Source: Bacillota bacterium (GTDB lineage: Bacteria; Bacillota; Sulfobacillia; JACIYH01). Taken from it: 64,000 nt of DNA. Below the pieces are notes generated by a model. It was not told where the DNA came from, did no database searches, and saw nothing but the letters and a program-made list of their open reading frames with translations. Location: the NCBI GenBank assembly GCA_030019365.1, contig JASEFA010000001.1, positions 398,953 through 462,952 on the forward strand, read 5' to 3'. Every line of letters begins with the position of its first letter. Position 1 is the stretch's first letter. The translations under genes and the position numbers were made by a program. Positions 37,752 through 48,149 of the stretch are shown piece by piece.

Positions 37752-38288
37752 TCATTCTACGCGGCGCCGCGGCTCGGTGCTGATGTTTTCCACCATCACC
37801 TGCACCTCGACCACCCCCACGCCCACCACGTCCCGGACGTACCGGTCCACCGCCTTCTGCACTTCCTCGGACACCTTGGGGATACTCACGTCCGGGCTAA
37901 CGGTCAGGCGGAGGTGGACGGAAAGGCCTGCCGCCCCGTACCTCACCCATCCCCGTACATCACGCACTCCCACGCACTGCCTGGCCACCCGGCGCACCAG
38001 GTTCTCAACGGCCACCAGGGAGACGCTCACGTCCCCCATGGAGGTCTCATGCACCACGCTCCGCGATGTGCGCTGGCTGCGGACCCCCAGGGTGAGAAAG
38101 CGAACGGAGAAGGCGAAGAATATGACGCCCAATACTCCCAGCACCCAGCGGGACTGGGGGTCGCCCAGGCTGGCCTGCAACGCGGCCACCGGGCCCTGCC
38201 ATCCCCAGGCCACCGCCACCACCACCAGCGATACCACCGCCAGGCAGAGGCTGTAAAAGGCCAGAAAGACCCTGTCCGCCAGACTCAT
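37752..38288 (-). CDS. amaP: Alkaline shock response membrane anchor AmaP
   Basis: Two TM helices, GDVSVSL.AVENL, RRRVE terminus. Confidence 0.85.
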   Translation of the reverse strand: MSLADRVFLAFYSLCLAVVSLVVVAVAWGWQGPVAALQASLGDPQSRWVLGVLGVIFFAFSVRFLTLGVRSQRTSRSVVHETSMGDVSVSLVAVENLVRRVARQCVGVRDVRGWVRYGAAGLSVHLRLTVSPDVSIPKVSEEVQKAVDRYVRDVVGVGVVEVQVMVENISTEPRRRVE

Positions 38289-38665
38289 GCCGGACCCCCC
38301 CGTTCACCTTTGCGCACCGGTGGGAACACCACTCCCTGGACGTGGATGTTAACTTCCACCACCTTGAGGTCGGTCATATCTTCTACGGCCTTCTTGACGA
38401 CCTGCTGGACCCGCTGGGCCACTTCCGGGATGCGCACTCCGTACCTGACCACCAGGTAGAGGTCAACGGCGGCCTCCCGCTCACCCACTTCCACCCTGAC
38501 CCCCCGGGGTACCCCCCTCCGGGCCAGGGCGGAACTCAGGTCCCCCACCAGCCCGGCGGAAAGGCCGGCCACTCCCTCTACCCCGGTGGCAGCGATGGCA
38601 GCCAGGGTGGCAACCGCCTCCTCCGAGACCCTGACGGTCGCTTCGGGCCTGTCCCCCTCGGCCAC
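38285..38665 (-). CDS. Asp23/Gls24 family protein (YqhY-like)
   Basis: VEGVAGL, YGVRIPEVA..VQ, MTDL.V.EVNIHVQG. Confidence 0.92.
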   Translation of the reverse strand: MAEGDRPEATVRVSEEAVATLAAIAATGVEGVAGLSAGLVGDLSSALARRGVPRGVRVEVGEREAAVDLYLVVRYGVRIPEVAQRVQQVVKKAVEDMTDLKVVEVNIHVQGVVFPPVRKGERGGPA

Positions 38666-38716
38666 GGTTTCCCCCCTGTCCGGTCCCCGCGCCCCGCCTA
38701 ATGATACCACACCGGG

Positions 38717-40054
38717 TCAGGGATCCGCACCCCGGTCCAGGTAGGTGGTACCCGCTTCACCCCGGCTGAAAACGGGGTCATCCAGCAGCCGCAGGTGCAG
38801 GGGGATGGTGGTACGTACCCCCTCCACCACGTATTCGTGCAGGGCCCGGCGGGCCCGGGCCACCGCCTCCCGGCGGTCCTGCCCCCATACCGTGAGCTTG
38901 GCCAGCAGGGAGTCGTAGTGGGGCGGGATCGTCCACCCCGGGTAGACCCCGTCATCCACCCGCACGCCCGGGCCCCCCGGGGGGCGGTAGGCGGTGAGAG
39001 ACCCGGGACAGGGGAGGAAGTCCTGGTCGGGATCTTCGGCGCAGATGCGCATCTCCAGTGCCCACCCCCGGGGGCGCAAGGCCGCCTGGCCGAATCTCAG
39101 GCGCTCGCCCGCGGCTATCCGCAGTTGCTCCTGGACCAGGTCCACCCCCCAGACCATTTCCGTCACGGGATGCTCCACCTGGATGCGTGCGTTCACCTCC
39201 AGGAAGTAGCAGGCGCCTCCCGTCACCAGGAACTCCACGGTGCCAGCCCCCCGGTAACGGGCGGCGCGCATGATCCGGAGCGCCGCCCGGGCCAGGGTCC
39301 GGCGCATGCTCTCGTCGAGGGCGGGCGACGGGCACTCCTCCAGCACCTTCTGCCGCCGGCGCTGCAGGGAGCAATCCCGCTCGCCCAGGTGCACCATACT
39401 GCCGTAGCTGTCGGCCAGCACCTGCACCTCAATGTGACGCGGCTGCTCCAGATACTTCTCCAGGTACAGCTCGGGCGACCCGAATGCCGATCTGGCCTCC
39501 TGGGCCGCCAGCTCCCACCGCCGGCGCAGGCCGTCCTCGTCGCGCACCAGGCGGATGCCGCGCCCTCCCCCCCCGGCCAGCGCCTTCAGGAGCACCGGGT
39601 AACCCAAGCGGCGGGCAAGCCCGCAGGCTTCCTCCAGGGAAGCCAGCGGGTGGCTGCTCCCCGGTACCACGGGCACTCCCGCTCGCGCCGCCACTTCCCG
39701 GGCGGCGATCTTGTCTCCCAGCAGCCGCAGCGTGGCGGATGAAGGACCCACGAAAGCGATGCCCATGGCCTCGCACACCTGGGCGAAGGCAGGGTTTTCG
39801 GAAAGGAAGCCGTAGCCCGGGTGCACGGCATCACTCCCGGTATCTACCGCCGCCTGGATCAGACGGGGTATGTTGAGGTACGAGCGGAGGGCGGGCGGAG
39901 GGCCGATGGCAACCGCCTCGTCCGCGAGCTTCACGTGCAGGGAGTCAGTGTCAGCCTCCGAATAGACGGCCACCGTCTCCAGGTCCAGTTCACGGCAGGC
40001 GCGGATGACGCGGACCGCGATCTCGCCCCGGTTGGCGATGAGGACTCTGCGCAC
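38717..40054 (-). CDS. accC: Biotin carboxylase
   Basis: LIANRGEIA, HPGYGFLSEN, GGGGRG, ERDCS.QRR, RIQVEHPVTE, YDSLLAK. Confidence 0.95.
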   Translation of the reverse strand: MRRVLIANRGEIAVRVIRACRELDLETVAVYSEADTDSLHVKLADEAVAIGPPPALRSYLNIPRLIQAAVDTGSDAVHPGYGFLSENPAFAQVCEAMGIAFVGPSSATLRLLGDKIAAREVAARAGVPVVPGSSHPLASLEEACGLARRLGYPVLLKALAGGGGRGIRLVRDEDGLRRRWELAAQEARSAFGSPELYLEKYLEQPRHIEVQVLADSYGSMVHLGERDCSLQRRRQKVLEECPSPALDESMRRTLARAALRIMRAARYRGAGTVEFLVTGGACYFLEVNARIQVEHPVTEMVWGVDLVQEQLRIAAGERLRFGQAALRPRGWALEMRICAEDPDQDFLPCPGSLTAYRPPGGPGVRVDDGVYPGWTIPPHYDSLLAKLTVWGQDRREAVARARRALHEYVVEGVRTTIPLHLRLLDDPVFSRGEAGTTYLDRGADP

Positions 40055-40090
40055 GATCCGACCTCGCTCTCGGGCAACGGGTGAGAAGTC

Positions 40091-40115
40091 TTTCGGCAAA
40101 ACCGTCGCCATTCCT
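40091..40115 (-). promoter_or_regulatory. Putative sigma-H promoter upstream of accC
   Basis: AGGAATG-N14-GAAA. Confidence 0.45.
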
Positions 40116-40194
40116 TGTCACCGGGCGAGGTCGACCGGTCCTACGGGTGTGCTGTCCGTTCCGGTACCAAGGGGCCGGTCCGGTCCGGTACTGG

Positions 40195-40767
40195 CTACCG
40201 GGTGCTTCCACCGCTCGCCACCGGGGCCACGATGGCCACCTGCTCGGGCCGGCACCCTGTCACCCGGCACACGGCATCGGCGATACGGGTGGCGTCTGGT
40301 CCCTGCAAGGGATCGGGTACAACCACCGTCACCGCACCTTCCCGCACATACGCCAGCACGTCCCGGTACCCCTTGGACCTCAGGATACCTTCGATCTCCA
40401 CTTCCTTTCCCATGGCGGCGATGATAGCCAGGATCTGCTCCTGGGCCCGGGTCCTGACATCCGGTGCCGTGTCGCGGGAGGACACCATTCTCTCCAGGAG
40501 TTCTATCTGCTGGCTGCGCACCCGCTCCCGCTCCATGCGGGCCTCGGCCAGGGAGCCGCCGGGCTCAAAGGGCGCCATAACCTCCGTGCTCTCCGGAGGC
40601 GGCGGGTTGGCCCCCGGCACCTGGGTGGCCCCGAGCCGCGGCCCGTGGCCCCGTGTGCGCAGGTATACCGCACCCGCGGCCAGCAGGGCGAGCAGGAAGA
40701 GCAGCACCAGGAACCTCAGCAGCTCCTTTCTCCCCAATGCGGCAAAGGTCACCGGCCGGCCGGACAT
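40195..40767 (-). CDS. spoIIIAH: Stage III sporulation protein AH
   Basis: TM segment, RMERERVRS, EIEGILRSKGYRD; last gene of spoIIIA. Confidence 0.88.
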   Translation of the reverse strand: MSGRPVTFAALGRKELLRFLVLLFLLALLAAGAVYLRTRGHGPRLGATQVPGANPPPPESTEVMAPFEPGGSLAEARMERERVRSQQIELLERMVSSRDTAPDVRTRAQEQILAIIAAMGKEVEIEGILRSKGYRDVLAYVREGAVTVVVPDPLQGPDATRIADAVCRVTGCRPEQVAIVAPVASGGSTR

Positions 40768-40789
40768 CGTTCATCCCCCCTCGTGCACC

Positions 40790-41386
40790 TTAACGGCTGG
40801 GTACTACCTGCACCCGGTGGGCGGGCAGACCGAGAAGGGTCTGCACGGCCCGGGCCAGCATCTCGCAGACACGGGGATCGCGCGCCCCCGACGCCACCAC
40901 CAGCACCCCGGCGATTTCCGGTGCCTCCTGCCGCGATACCACGGGCTGGTCCTGCCCTCCGGGCCGGGCCATGACCGCCTGTACGCTCTCCTGCTTCTCC
41001 TCAGTGACCCGGAGGGCACCCCCCGGCTCCTTTTCTTCGGTACGACGGGTGGTGCGGGACACGTCCTGGACCACATCCTGCCTGGGGCCGGAGCGGTAAG
41101 TGATGCTCACGGCCACCTGGCCGGCACCCGCTATGCGAGAAAGCACCGTCTCCAGGCTCTCTGGGGTGACTTCTCCGCGGGCGGCCACGGGAGCCATGAC
41201 TTCGGTGTCCCGGCCGGCGGGGATAGGCGGTTGCGACCGCCGCTGCCCCAGCCATGAGCCCGCCAGTATGAGGATCAACCCCACCACGCCCGCCAGTACC
41301 AACCAGGGACTGGGTCGAGTGCCCTGCCCCCAGAGTCTCCACATGGGTGACCCGCTTCCGTGCGCCGATTCCATGCCCCTGCGCAA
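40790..41386 (-). CDS. spoIIIAG: Stage III sporulation protein AG
   Basis: LSRIAGAGQV.V, PEIAGVLVVASGA, AHRVQV. Confidence 0.9.
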   Translation of the reverse strand: MRRGMESAHGSGSPMWRLWGQGTRPSPWLVLAGVVGLILILAGSWLGQRRSQPPIPAGRDTEVMAPVAARGEVTPESLETVLSRIAGAGQVAVSITYRSGPRQDVVQDVSRTTRRTEEKEPGGALRVTEEKQESVQAVMARPGGQDQPVVSRQEAPEIAGVLVVASGARDPRVCEMLARAVQTLLGLPAHRVQVVPSR

Positions 41387-41388
41387 TG

Positions 41389-41919
41389 CTATCCCTCCCC
41401 CACGCTGACGCGGTCCCGGGGTATGCCCAGGTACCGGGCAACCGTGTCCCCCAGGCGTTCCCCCTCTCCGGGGGCCAGGGATCCGGCGCGGGATCGCACC
41501 CGGACCCGGACCCCGGTGATTTCGAGGCCCTCGAGCAGCACCTCCACCCGGGCTGCGGAGACGGTGCCGGAACTGACCAGGAGGTCCCGCACCGCCGCAG
41601 CTACCCGCTCTCGGAAGGCCTCCTGCACCTGGCGGTCGCGCGCAAGCTGGACCTCATGGGCGAGATTGCCCGGCAGCGTGCCGCCCGCAAGAGCGGATGC
41701 GGTGCGGGCGGCCGCCGACCCGGCCCGGGAGACGGCGGGAGCGGGGCCACCTGCGGTCAACCAGGCCAGTACAGGCTCCAGTACGGCCAGCACCAGGATC
41801 ATGCCCGCCACCAGCCTCAGGTACTGGCGGAAAGTGGACCGGGGCAGGAGCAACTCCACGCTCAGGATGAGGAGCAGCAGCAGGACTATGTTCCGCAACC
41901 AGCCCCATAGCGCCGCCAT
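41389..41919 (-). CDS. spoIIIAF: Stage III sporulation protein AF
   Basis: WLRNIV...ELLLP...YLRLVAG...LEPV. Confidence 0.88.
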   Translation of the reverse strand: MAALWGWLRNIVLLLLLILSVELLLPRSTFRQYLRLVAGMILVLAVLEPVLAWLTAGGPAPAVSRAGSAAARTASALAGGTLPGNLAHEVQLARDRQVQEAFRERVAAAVRDLLVSSGTVSAARVEVLLEGLEITGVRVRVRSRAGSLAPGEGERLGDTVARYLGIPRDRVSVGEG

Positions 41920-42005
41920 GGTCCCCTTCCCCCTTCCCCGTTCGCCCGGTCCGTCTCCCCCCGTCCGCCCCGGCACCCCGGCGGGCGGTTGCCGGCCTTC
42001 CTGCC

Positions 42006-43457
42006 TCAGACGGTGCGCGCCGCTCCCACCAGCATGGCGATGCACACCAGGAAGCTGAGGGCTACCATCCCCACAATCACCCCCAGCCAGCCCAGGGCGG
42101 CAGCTATCCCCCGCAGGCAGCCGGCCAGCTGGCCCGCGTCCAGCACCGCCACCAGGGCTCCCGCCAGGCGGTAGCACAGCATGAGGAGCACGATCTTGAC
42201 CAGGGGTAGCATGATCACGCCCAATATGGCAAGCGCACCCGCCCATCCCAGGCCGGTCATGACCAGGCGCGTGGAGGCGAAAACCACCTCGGTGGCGTCG
42301 GAGAACATCTTACCTACCACCGGCACGAAGGTGCCCGAGAGGAACTTGGTGGTGCGCACCAGGACTCCGTCCAGGGCCCGGCCGGCGGCGTTTTGCACCA
42401 CCGCCACACCCAGGAATGCGGCCATACTCAGGCCCACCGTCCACACGCTGCCCTGCCTGAGAAGGGTGCTCAGCCCCTCCAGCCGTCGCTTCTCTCCCAG
42501 GCCATCCACCAGCTCCACCAGGGCAGAACTGAAGAGGAGGGGCATGGCCACGCCCACCCCCAGCAACCCGGCTCCATTCACGGCCAGCATCAGGGCGGGG
42601 TGGAGCAGCCCGGCGCTGGCCGGCGTTCCGCTGGCTACGGTGAGGGCCAGAAAGGGTGGGATGAGGGCCAGCATGAGTGCCACCAGGCGATTCAGGACCA
42701 GCCTCGCGGCGGCAAAGGCAGTTACGAAAGCCGAAATGGCCACCCCCGCGAAAGCCAGGAAAGCCACCAGATGAGCCACTCTGGCCACCTGCCCGCCTCC
42801 GCAGGCCTCACCCAGCTGGACCAGCACCCCTGCCACCAGCGCCAGCAGCACCAGCTTCCCCAGAAGGGACAGGGTGGCGGGCACCTCCCCCCACAGCACC
42901 TGGGTCAGTCGCCGGCCCAGGGCAGGCAGGTCGACCATAATGCCCCCTTCCCTCAATCGCGAGACGATGGCCGGCACGTCCAGCGCCCCGGGCCTGCCCA
43001 GCTCCCTTTCGATCTCCCGGAGCATCTGGTCCAGCTGCAGAGACCGGGCCGCCTCCCACTGCTCCCGGGCTCCCCCCACGAGGTCGGGGCGGTCCTGCCC
43101 GGCTACCGGGCTACCAGTCCCTCCGGGTGCGGGGGAACCGGCTTCTCGGGTGACGGGGGAATCGCCCTCTCCGGCCGCCAGGACCGTCCCCCCGCCCGGC
43201 GGAGTCGCACCCGCCGGCCCCGGGATCGCCACGGCAAGGAGCAGGGCGAGGGCAAGGGCGAGGGCCCCGACCCGGAGGGCCGCCGCCCTCGCCACCGGTG
43301 CGCGCTGGCCGTGGCCTGCCCCCCGCCGGCACCCCGTCCCCCGCCGGCACCCCGTCCCCCGCCGGCTTCCCCGGCGTTGTCGTTCCCGCTGGCCTCCGCT
43401 CTGCCGCCCCCACGTCACCATGAACTGGCCCCCCGGGCGTACCTTTTCTGAACCCAT
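42006..43457 (-). CDS. spoIIIAE: Stage III sporulation protein AE
   Basis: Polytopic; TKFLSGTFVPVVGKMFSDA; long low-complexity N-terminus, start uncertain. Confidence 0.9.
   Translation of the reverse strand: MGSEKVRPGGQFMVTWGRQSGGQRERQRRGSRRGTGCRRGTGCRRGAGHGQRAPVARAAALRVGALALALALLLAVAIPGPAGATPPGGGTVLAAGEGDSPVTREAGSPAPGGTGSPVAGQDRPDLVGGAREQWEAARSLQLDQMLREIERELGRPGALDVPAIVSRLREGGIMVDLPALGRRLTQVLWGEVPATLSLLGKLVLLALVAGVLVQLGEACGGGQVARVAHLVAFLAFAGVAISAFVTAFAAARLVLNRLVALMLALIPPFLALTVASGTPASAGLLHPALMLAVNGAGLLGVGVAMPLLFSSALVELVDGLGEKRRLEGLSTLLRQGSVWTVGLSMAAFLGVAVVQNAAGRALDGVLVRTTKFLSGTFVPVVGKMFSDATEVVFASTRLVMTGLGWAGALAILGVIMLPLVKIVLLMLCYRLAGALVAVLDAGQLAGCLRGIAAALGWLGVIVGMVALSFLVCIAMLVGAARTV
43320..43366. 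repeat. 18-bp tandem repeat (about 2.6 copies) encoding RRGTGC
   Basis: cccccgccggcaccccgt twice plus a partial copy. Confidence 0.85.
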
Positions 43458-43855
43458 CAGCGACTGGCCAGGGGGATGGCGGCCAGGATGGCGTCGGCGA
43501 GGGCCCGCACAATGGGTATGGCCAGGATGAGGATGATGATCTTGCCCGCCATCTCCACCTTGGTTGCCATGGCTCCCTCCCCGGCATCCCGGCACACCTG
43601 GCTCCCCAGCTCCGCCAGGTAAGCTATCCCCATTACGCGCAACAGGATCTGTACGTAGGTATCCCTGACCCCCGCCCGGGCTGCCAGCTCCTGCAGCAGG
43701 TCGATGGCCTGCCAGATCCGGTCCACCAGGAAGAAGAGGATGGCTGCGGCCGCGGCCAGGGAAAGCATCACCGCCATGTCCGGGCGCTGCTGGCGCAACA
43801 CCACCAGGATGACGGTGACGACCAGGGCAAATCCCACCACCTGCACCAGTTCCAC
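43457..43855 (-). CDS. spoIIIAD: Stage III sporulation protein AD
   Basis: GIAYLAELGSQVCRDAGEGA.ATKVE.AGK. Confidence 0.95.
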   Translation of the reverse strand: MELVQVVGFALVVTVILVVLRQQRPDMAVMLSLAAAAAILFFLVDRIWQAIDLLQELAARAGVRDTYVQILLRVMGIAYLAELGSQVCRDAGEGAMATKVEMAGKIIILILAIPIVRALADAILAAIPLASR

Positions 43856-43869
43856 CAGGTACCCTCTCA

Positions 43870-44064
43870 CTACAGTCGAAACATGGTGCGGACGGTCTCG
43901 AAGAGGCGGACCACCAGTTGGATGACCATCATGAGCACCACCACCACGCCGGCCAGGGCCACCAGCTGTCCCTGCTCCTCCTTGCCCGCCTGCTTGAGGA
44001 CGGTGTAGAGGACGGATACCAGGATGCCCACCCCGGCTATCTTGAAGATCAGTTCCACGTCCAC
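43870..44064 (-). CDS. spoIIIAC: Stage III sporulation protein AC
   Basis: IFKIAGVGILV...LKQAGKEE. Confidence 0.95.
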   Translation of the reverse strand: MDVELIFKIAGVGILVSVLYTVLKQAGKEEQGQLVALAGVVVVLMMVIQLVVRLFETVRTMFRL

Positions 44065-44086
44065 CTTTCCGCCTCCCCGCACCCTC

Positions 44087-44602
44087 TCACCACAGGGCCA
44101 GCAGCAGGGCCAGGGGCACCAGGATCCCCAGGTAGCGGTACAGTTTCCCCTGTCGCTCCGCTTCTTCCCGGGCGCTCTGTTCCCGCGTCGCCAGCCGTTC
44201 GCGCGTCAGGGCTATGTGCCGCGCCTGATCGGCCCTTCCGCTCGTGCCCAGGGTGACACCGAGACCCCGGAGCACCTCCAGGTCAGCTACCGTCAGGCAG
44301 AGCGGGGTGCGTGCGCAGGCTTCCTCCCAGGCCTGGCTGGCGGTGCAACCGCTCCCGTCGGACAGACGGCCTGCGGCGTGCCCCAGGAGGTCGGCCACGG
44401 AGGGACCGGCCACCTGGGCCGACCGTTCCAGGGCCACGGGCAGGGGAGTAGCCCCCACGGCCACTTCCCTCTCCAGAACCCGCAGGGCGAGACCCAGGGA
44501 GCCGAGCTCTTTCACCCTCTGGCCCAGGCGGGCGGCGAACTGCCACCCCGTTCCCGCCCCGGCGAGAAGGAGCAGCACCGCCCCCAGCAACTTAACCCCC
44601 AC
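44087..44602 (-). CDS. spoIIIAB: Stage III sporulation protein AB
   Basis: KLLGAVLL, TPLP.AL, LGTS...Q, KLYRYLG. Confidence 0.9.
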   Translation of the reverse strand: MGVKLLGAVLLLLAGAGTGWQFAARLGQRVKELGSLGLALRVLEREVAVGATPLPVALERSAQVAGPSVADLLGHAAGRLSDGSGCTASQAWEEACARTPLCLTVADLEVLRGLGVTLGTSGRADQARHIALTRERLATREQSAREEAERQGKLYRYLGILVPLALLLALW

Positions 44603-44621
44603 CTTGTCCCCCCTGCCTGCA

Positions 44622-45641
44622 TCATATGGCCCGGCCCCTGGTGATATGCCCTGGCCCCAGCGGTCCCGGGGGCAGCGGGCGCCGCAGCAGGTTTTCCCCG
44701 CGGGCCGACCAGACTGCCTCGGTAGTCCCCGGGCCCAGCCGCCGGCTGAGCAGGACCACCAGGGGAAAGGTCCCCCGGGCCAGCAGGCCGCCCAGGTGGG
44801 GCCGGGACCTGGCCTCCTCCAGCGAGGAAGCATGGGCGGTGGCGAGGACATCCACCCCGGCGTGCAGGGCCTCTTCGACCGCGGCCACGTCGGCCGCACC
44901 TCCCAGTTCGTCGGTGGCCACCACCCGCGGTGACATGGCCCGCACCGCCATCATCAACCCGGCCGCCTTGGGCGCACCGTCCAGGACATCCGTACGCAGG
45001 CCTACATAGCGCTGCGGTTCCCCGTTCCAGCACCCGGCCACTTCGGAACGCTCGTCCACCAGGCAAACCTTTATCCCCGGAAATCCCAGGGCGGGGAGGC
45101 CGTCGGAAAGCTGGCGTACCGCGTCCCGCAGCACGGTGGTCTTTCCTCCCAGGGGGGCCGACAGGATGAGGGCTCCCCTCACCGCACCCTCGCCCACCAG
45201 GAAAGGCATGATGGGGTCCGCCGCCCCCCGTACTTCCCGGCAGACGCGGAAGCTGAGCGAGGATATGTCGACGAGGCGGGCGATGCGCCCGCCTTCCAGC
45301 ACCGCCCGCCCGCAAAAGCCCACCCGGTGTCCGCCGGACACCGTCACATACCCCTGGGATAGCTGTTCTTCTACAGCGTAAAGGGAGCCCTGGAACAGAA
45401 GCTGCAGTGCGGCCTCCAGGTCCGCCCGGTTCACCCGGTACGCTTCGTCGGGGCTCGCGGCGAGGCGGCCGTCGGGGCACACGAAGGTTTCCCGGCCGTC
45501 ACTCCCCACGGCCAGCGGGCAACCGATCCGCAACCGGATCTCTTCCAGACGCGCTACCATAGTGGGTGCCAGGCGTTCCAGCGCTGCACGCACCGGTCCG
45601 GCCACGAAAGGTAACAGATCTTCCTGCCAGGTTCGCCCCAC
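44622..45641 (-). CDS. spoIIIAA: Stage III sporulation protein AA (ATPase)
   Basis: LEEIRLR, GGHRVG, GKTT.LRD, VDERSEVA, RAMSP...DELG. Confidence 0.95.
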   Translation of the reverse strand: MGRTWQEDLLPFVAGPVRAALERLAPTMVARLEEIRLRIGCPLAVGSDGRETFVCPDGRLAASPDEAYRVNRADLEAALQLLFQGSLYAVEEQLSQGYVTVSGGHRVGFCGRAVLEGGRIARLVDISSLSFRVCREVRGAADPIMPFLVGEGAVRGALILSAPLGGKTTVLRDAVRQLSDGLPALGFPGIKVCLVDERSEVAGCWNGEPQRYVGLRTDVLDGAPKAAGLMMAVRAMSPRVVATDELGGAADVAAVEEALHAGVDVLATAHASSLEEARSRPHLGGLLARGTFPLVVLLSRRLGPGTTEAVWSARGENLLRRPLPPGPLGPGHITRGRAI

Positions 45642-45953
45642 GTCCCCTCCCCCCGGTCCTGAGGAACGCACCACCGGGGGCGCCGACAGCGTGCGGTCAC
45701 CCGCGTCTCTCAGGCCACCTCCACCGTATTCCTCTTTCCCCAGATTATGCTAGAAAGGTTTGAGCCCCGCTGCCCGGGAGCTTCCTTGGGGGGCCCTAGA
45801 AGTTCCGGGGCTGGTGCGGGGCTCGCTGCTATAGTTTCCCACGGGCGGGAGATCTATGCGCGCCAGCGGCCAGGGCGTGATCCGTACCGACCGACCGGGC
45901 CTTCATGGGTCCGGCGGCCGGGGCCCGCTACGCGCACCCGCGGTGCTGGGCCG

Positions 45954-46358
45954 TCAGCGGCGCTCGGGGGGTCCTTCTTCTTCTTCGTCCTCCTCGTCGC
46001 GGTAGATCAGCTCACCGCAGTTGGGGCAGCGCAACTGCATGGGCCCCTCTTCCCCCAGCTCCTCCTCGGCGTAGGAGACCGTCTCCCCACAGTGGGGGCA
46101 CTGCACCTCGAAGAACTCCTCTTCGCCCTCCTCGGTTTCCGCCACCCGCTCCTCGAGCTCGGCCACGTCCTCGTCCAGATCCTCCAGGTACTCTTCCTGT
46201 TCGTCGACCCGCCCGCGCAGGCTCTCCACTTCCTCGGCAAACTCGCCCAGCACGTCGAGGATGGCCTTGAGCAGCCGGCCTTCCTTGGATTCGGCCTCCA
46301 GGTTCAGGCCCTCCGCCAGTCCCTTCAGGTAAGCCACCCGGGAGCTCAGGTCGCCCAC
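45954..46358 (-). CDS. CD1247-like acidic zinc-ribbon protein
   Basis: RVAYLKGLAEGL, CPHC, CPNC; conserved downstream of efp. Confidence 0.88.
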   Translation of the reverse strand: MGDLSSRVAYLKGLAEGLNLEAESKEGRLLKAILDVLGEFAEEVESLRGRVDEQEEYLEDLDEDVAELEERVAETEEGEEEFFEVQCPHCGETVSYAEEELGEEGPMQLRCPNCGELIYRDEEDEEEEGPPERR

Positions 46359-46449
46359 CGGCCCCACCTCCTTCCGCGGGCCCCCACCGGCCCGCAACCT
46401 CGTCCCGCCCCGGCACAAGCGGCACGGGGCCAGAGCAGAACCCCGACCG

Positions 46450-47007
46450 TCACACGCGCTCCAGGTACTGGTGGGTGCGCGTGTCCACCCGGATCACGTC
46501 CCCCACCTCCACGAAAAGGGGAACCTTTACCGTGGCCCCTGTCTCCAGCCGGGCCGGTTTGGTGCCTCCGGTGGCAGTATCCCCCTTCAGGCCCGGCTCC
46601 GTCTCCACCACTTCCAGCTCCACGAAGTTGGGCAGCTCCACCCCGATGGGGGTGCCCTCGTGCATGAGCACGTACACGGTGCAGTTTTCCTTCATGTACA
46701 GGGTGGCGTCACCCAGCCGGCTCCTATCCAGTTGGATCTGGTCGTACGTCCCGGTGTCCATGAAGAAATACTGGTCCCCCATACCGTAAAGATACTGCAT
46801 CTCCCGCCGCTCCACATGGGCCTGGGGGAAGCGTTCGCCGGCGGCAAAGGTCCGGTCCAGCACGGCCCCGGTCTTTATGTTCTTGAGCCGGGTCCTCACG
46901 AAAGCCGAGCCCTTGCCGGGCTTGACGTGCTGGGCCTCCACCACCATCCAGATCTCCCCGTCCACCTCTACCGTGATCCCGGGCCTGAAGTCGTTGGTCG
47001 AAATCAC
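46450..47007 (-). CDS. efp: Elongation factor P
   Basis: [29 protein letters not shown]. Confidence 0.98.
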   Translation of the reverse strand: MISTNDFRPGITVEVDGEIWMVVEAQHVKPGKGSAFVRTRLKNIKTGAVLDRTFAAGERFPQAHVERREMQYLYGMGDQYFFMDTGTYDQIQLDRSRLGDATLYMKENCTVYVLMHEGTPIGVELPNFVELEVVETEPGLKGDTATGGTKPARLETGATVKVPLFVEVGDVIRVDTRTHQYLERV

Positions 47008-47035
47008 CCTCCGTTACCCCCCGCTTCCCCTGGCG

Positions 47036-48106
47036 TTACAGTTCGATGAGCCGTTTTTCCGCCCGGGACAGGATCTCGCAACCTTCCTCCCGCACCACCA
47101 CCAGGTCTTCGATGCGGACGCCCCCCCAGTCGGGTATGTATACCCCGGGTTCCACTGTTACCACCATGCCCGGCTCCAGGACGGGTTCGTCCGGCCCGGC
47201 CGCCTGGGGAGAAAGGCGGGGCGCCTCATGCACCTCCAGGCCCACCCCGTGACCCAGGCCGTGACCGAAGTGGTCGGCGTGGCCCGCCTCCGCGATCACC
47301 CGGCGCGCCTCCGCATCCACCTCCGAGCCCCGGCGGCCCGCCCGCAGGGCGGCGAGGCCGGCCTTCTGGGCCCGGGCCACCACTTCGTACACCTTTCTCT
47401 GCTCCTCGTCCGCCCTGCCCACCACCACGGTGCGGGTGAGGTCGGAACAATACCCGTCGACCGCGCAGCCCAGGTCCATGGTGACGAAACCCCCGGCCTC
47501 GATGCGGCGGGACGAAGCCCGCCCGTGGGGCAGGGCGGAACGGGGGCCGGAGGCCACGATGATGTCGAAGGCGGGCCCGGCGGCGCCCGCCCTGCGCATA
47601 TGATACTCCAGTTCCAGGGCCACCTCCTCCTCCCGCACCCCGGGACGGATCACTGACAGGATGTGGGCGAAGGCGTCGTCGGCCAGGGCGGCCGCCCGCC
47701 TGATGGCCCCGATCTCCCCCTCGTCCTTGGTCATACGCAGCTTCTCCACCAGCCCACTCTGCCCCACCAGTTCCGGCCCCAGTCCGGCCAGCGTCTCGTA
47801 CTGGGTGTAACTTGTGTGGTCCTTCTCGAAACCCAGCCGGCAGATACCCTGTTCCCGGAACAGCTCGCCCAGGGCCTCGCTGAGCTTCCCCTTCTGGGGA
47901 TATAGCTCCCAGTCCGGGGCCTGCTGGCGGGCCTGCTCGTAGTAGCGGAAGTCGGTGACCAGCCAGCACCGCTCCGGGGAGACGAGTAGTACCCCGGAGG
48001 ACCCCGTGAAACCGGAAAGGTAGCGGCGATTGGCATTCCCCGTCACCAGGAAGTACTCGATCTGTTGCCCCGCTATACCCTGCCTCAAAGCCTGCAACCG
48101 CGTCAA
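47036..48106 (-). CDS. Xaa-Pro aminopeptidase (M24)
   Basis: [44 protein letters not shown]. Confidence 0.95.
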   Translation of the reverse strand: MTRLQALRQGIAGQQIEYFLVTGNANRRYLSGFTGSSGVLLVSPERCWLVTDFRYYEQARQQAPDWELYPQKGKLSEALGELFREQGICRLGFEKDHTSYTQYETLAGLGPELVGQSGLVEKLRMTKDEGEIGAIRRAAALADDAFAHILSVIRPGVREEEVALELEYHMRRAGAAGPAFDIIVASGPRSALPHGRASSRRIEAGGFVTMDLGCAVDGYCSDLTRTVVVGRADEEQRKVYEVVARAQKAGLAALRAGRRGSEVDAEARRVIAEAGHADHFGHGLGHGVGLEVHEAPRLSPQAAGPDEPVLEPGMVVTVEPGVYIPDWGGVRIEDLVVVREEGCEILSRAEKRLIEL

Positions 48107-48149
48107 GGCTCCACCCCCCTCCCAGCTTTCCATACCCGGGTGCCGACGC

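Noticed and set aside
8463..43366. Short direct repeats (8463, 15776, 43320) as CRISPR arrays
   Set aside because: Only 2-3 adjacent copies, no unique spacers, no cas genes
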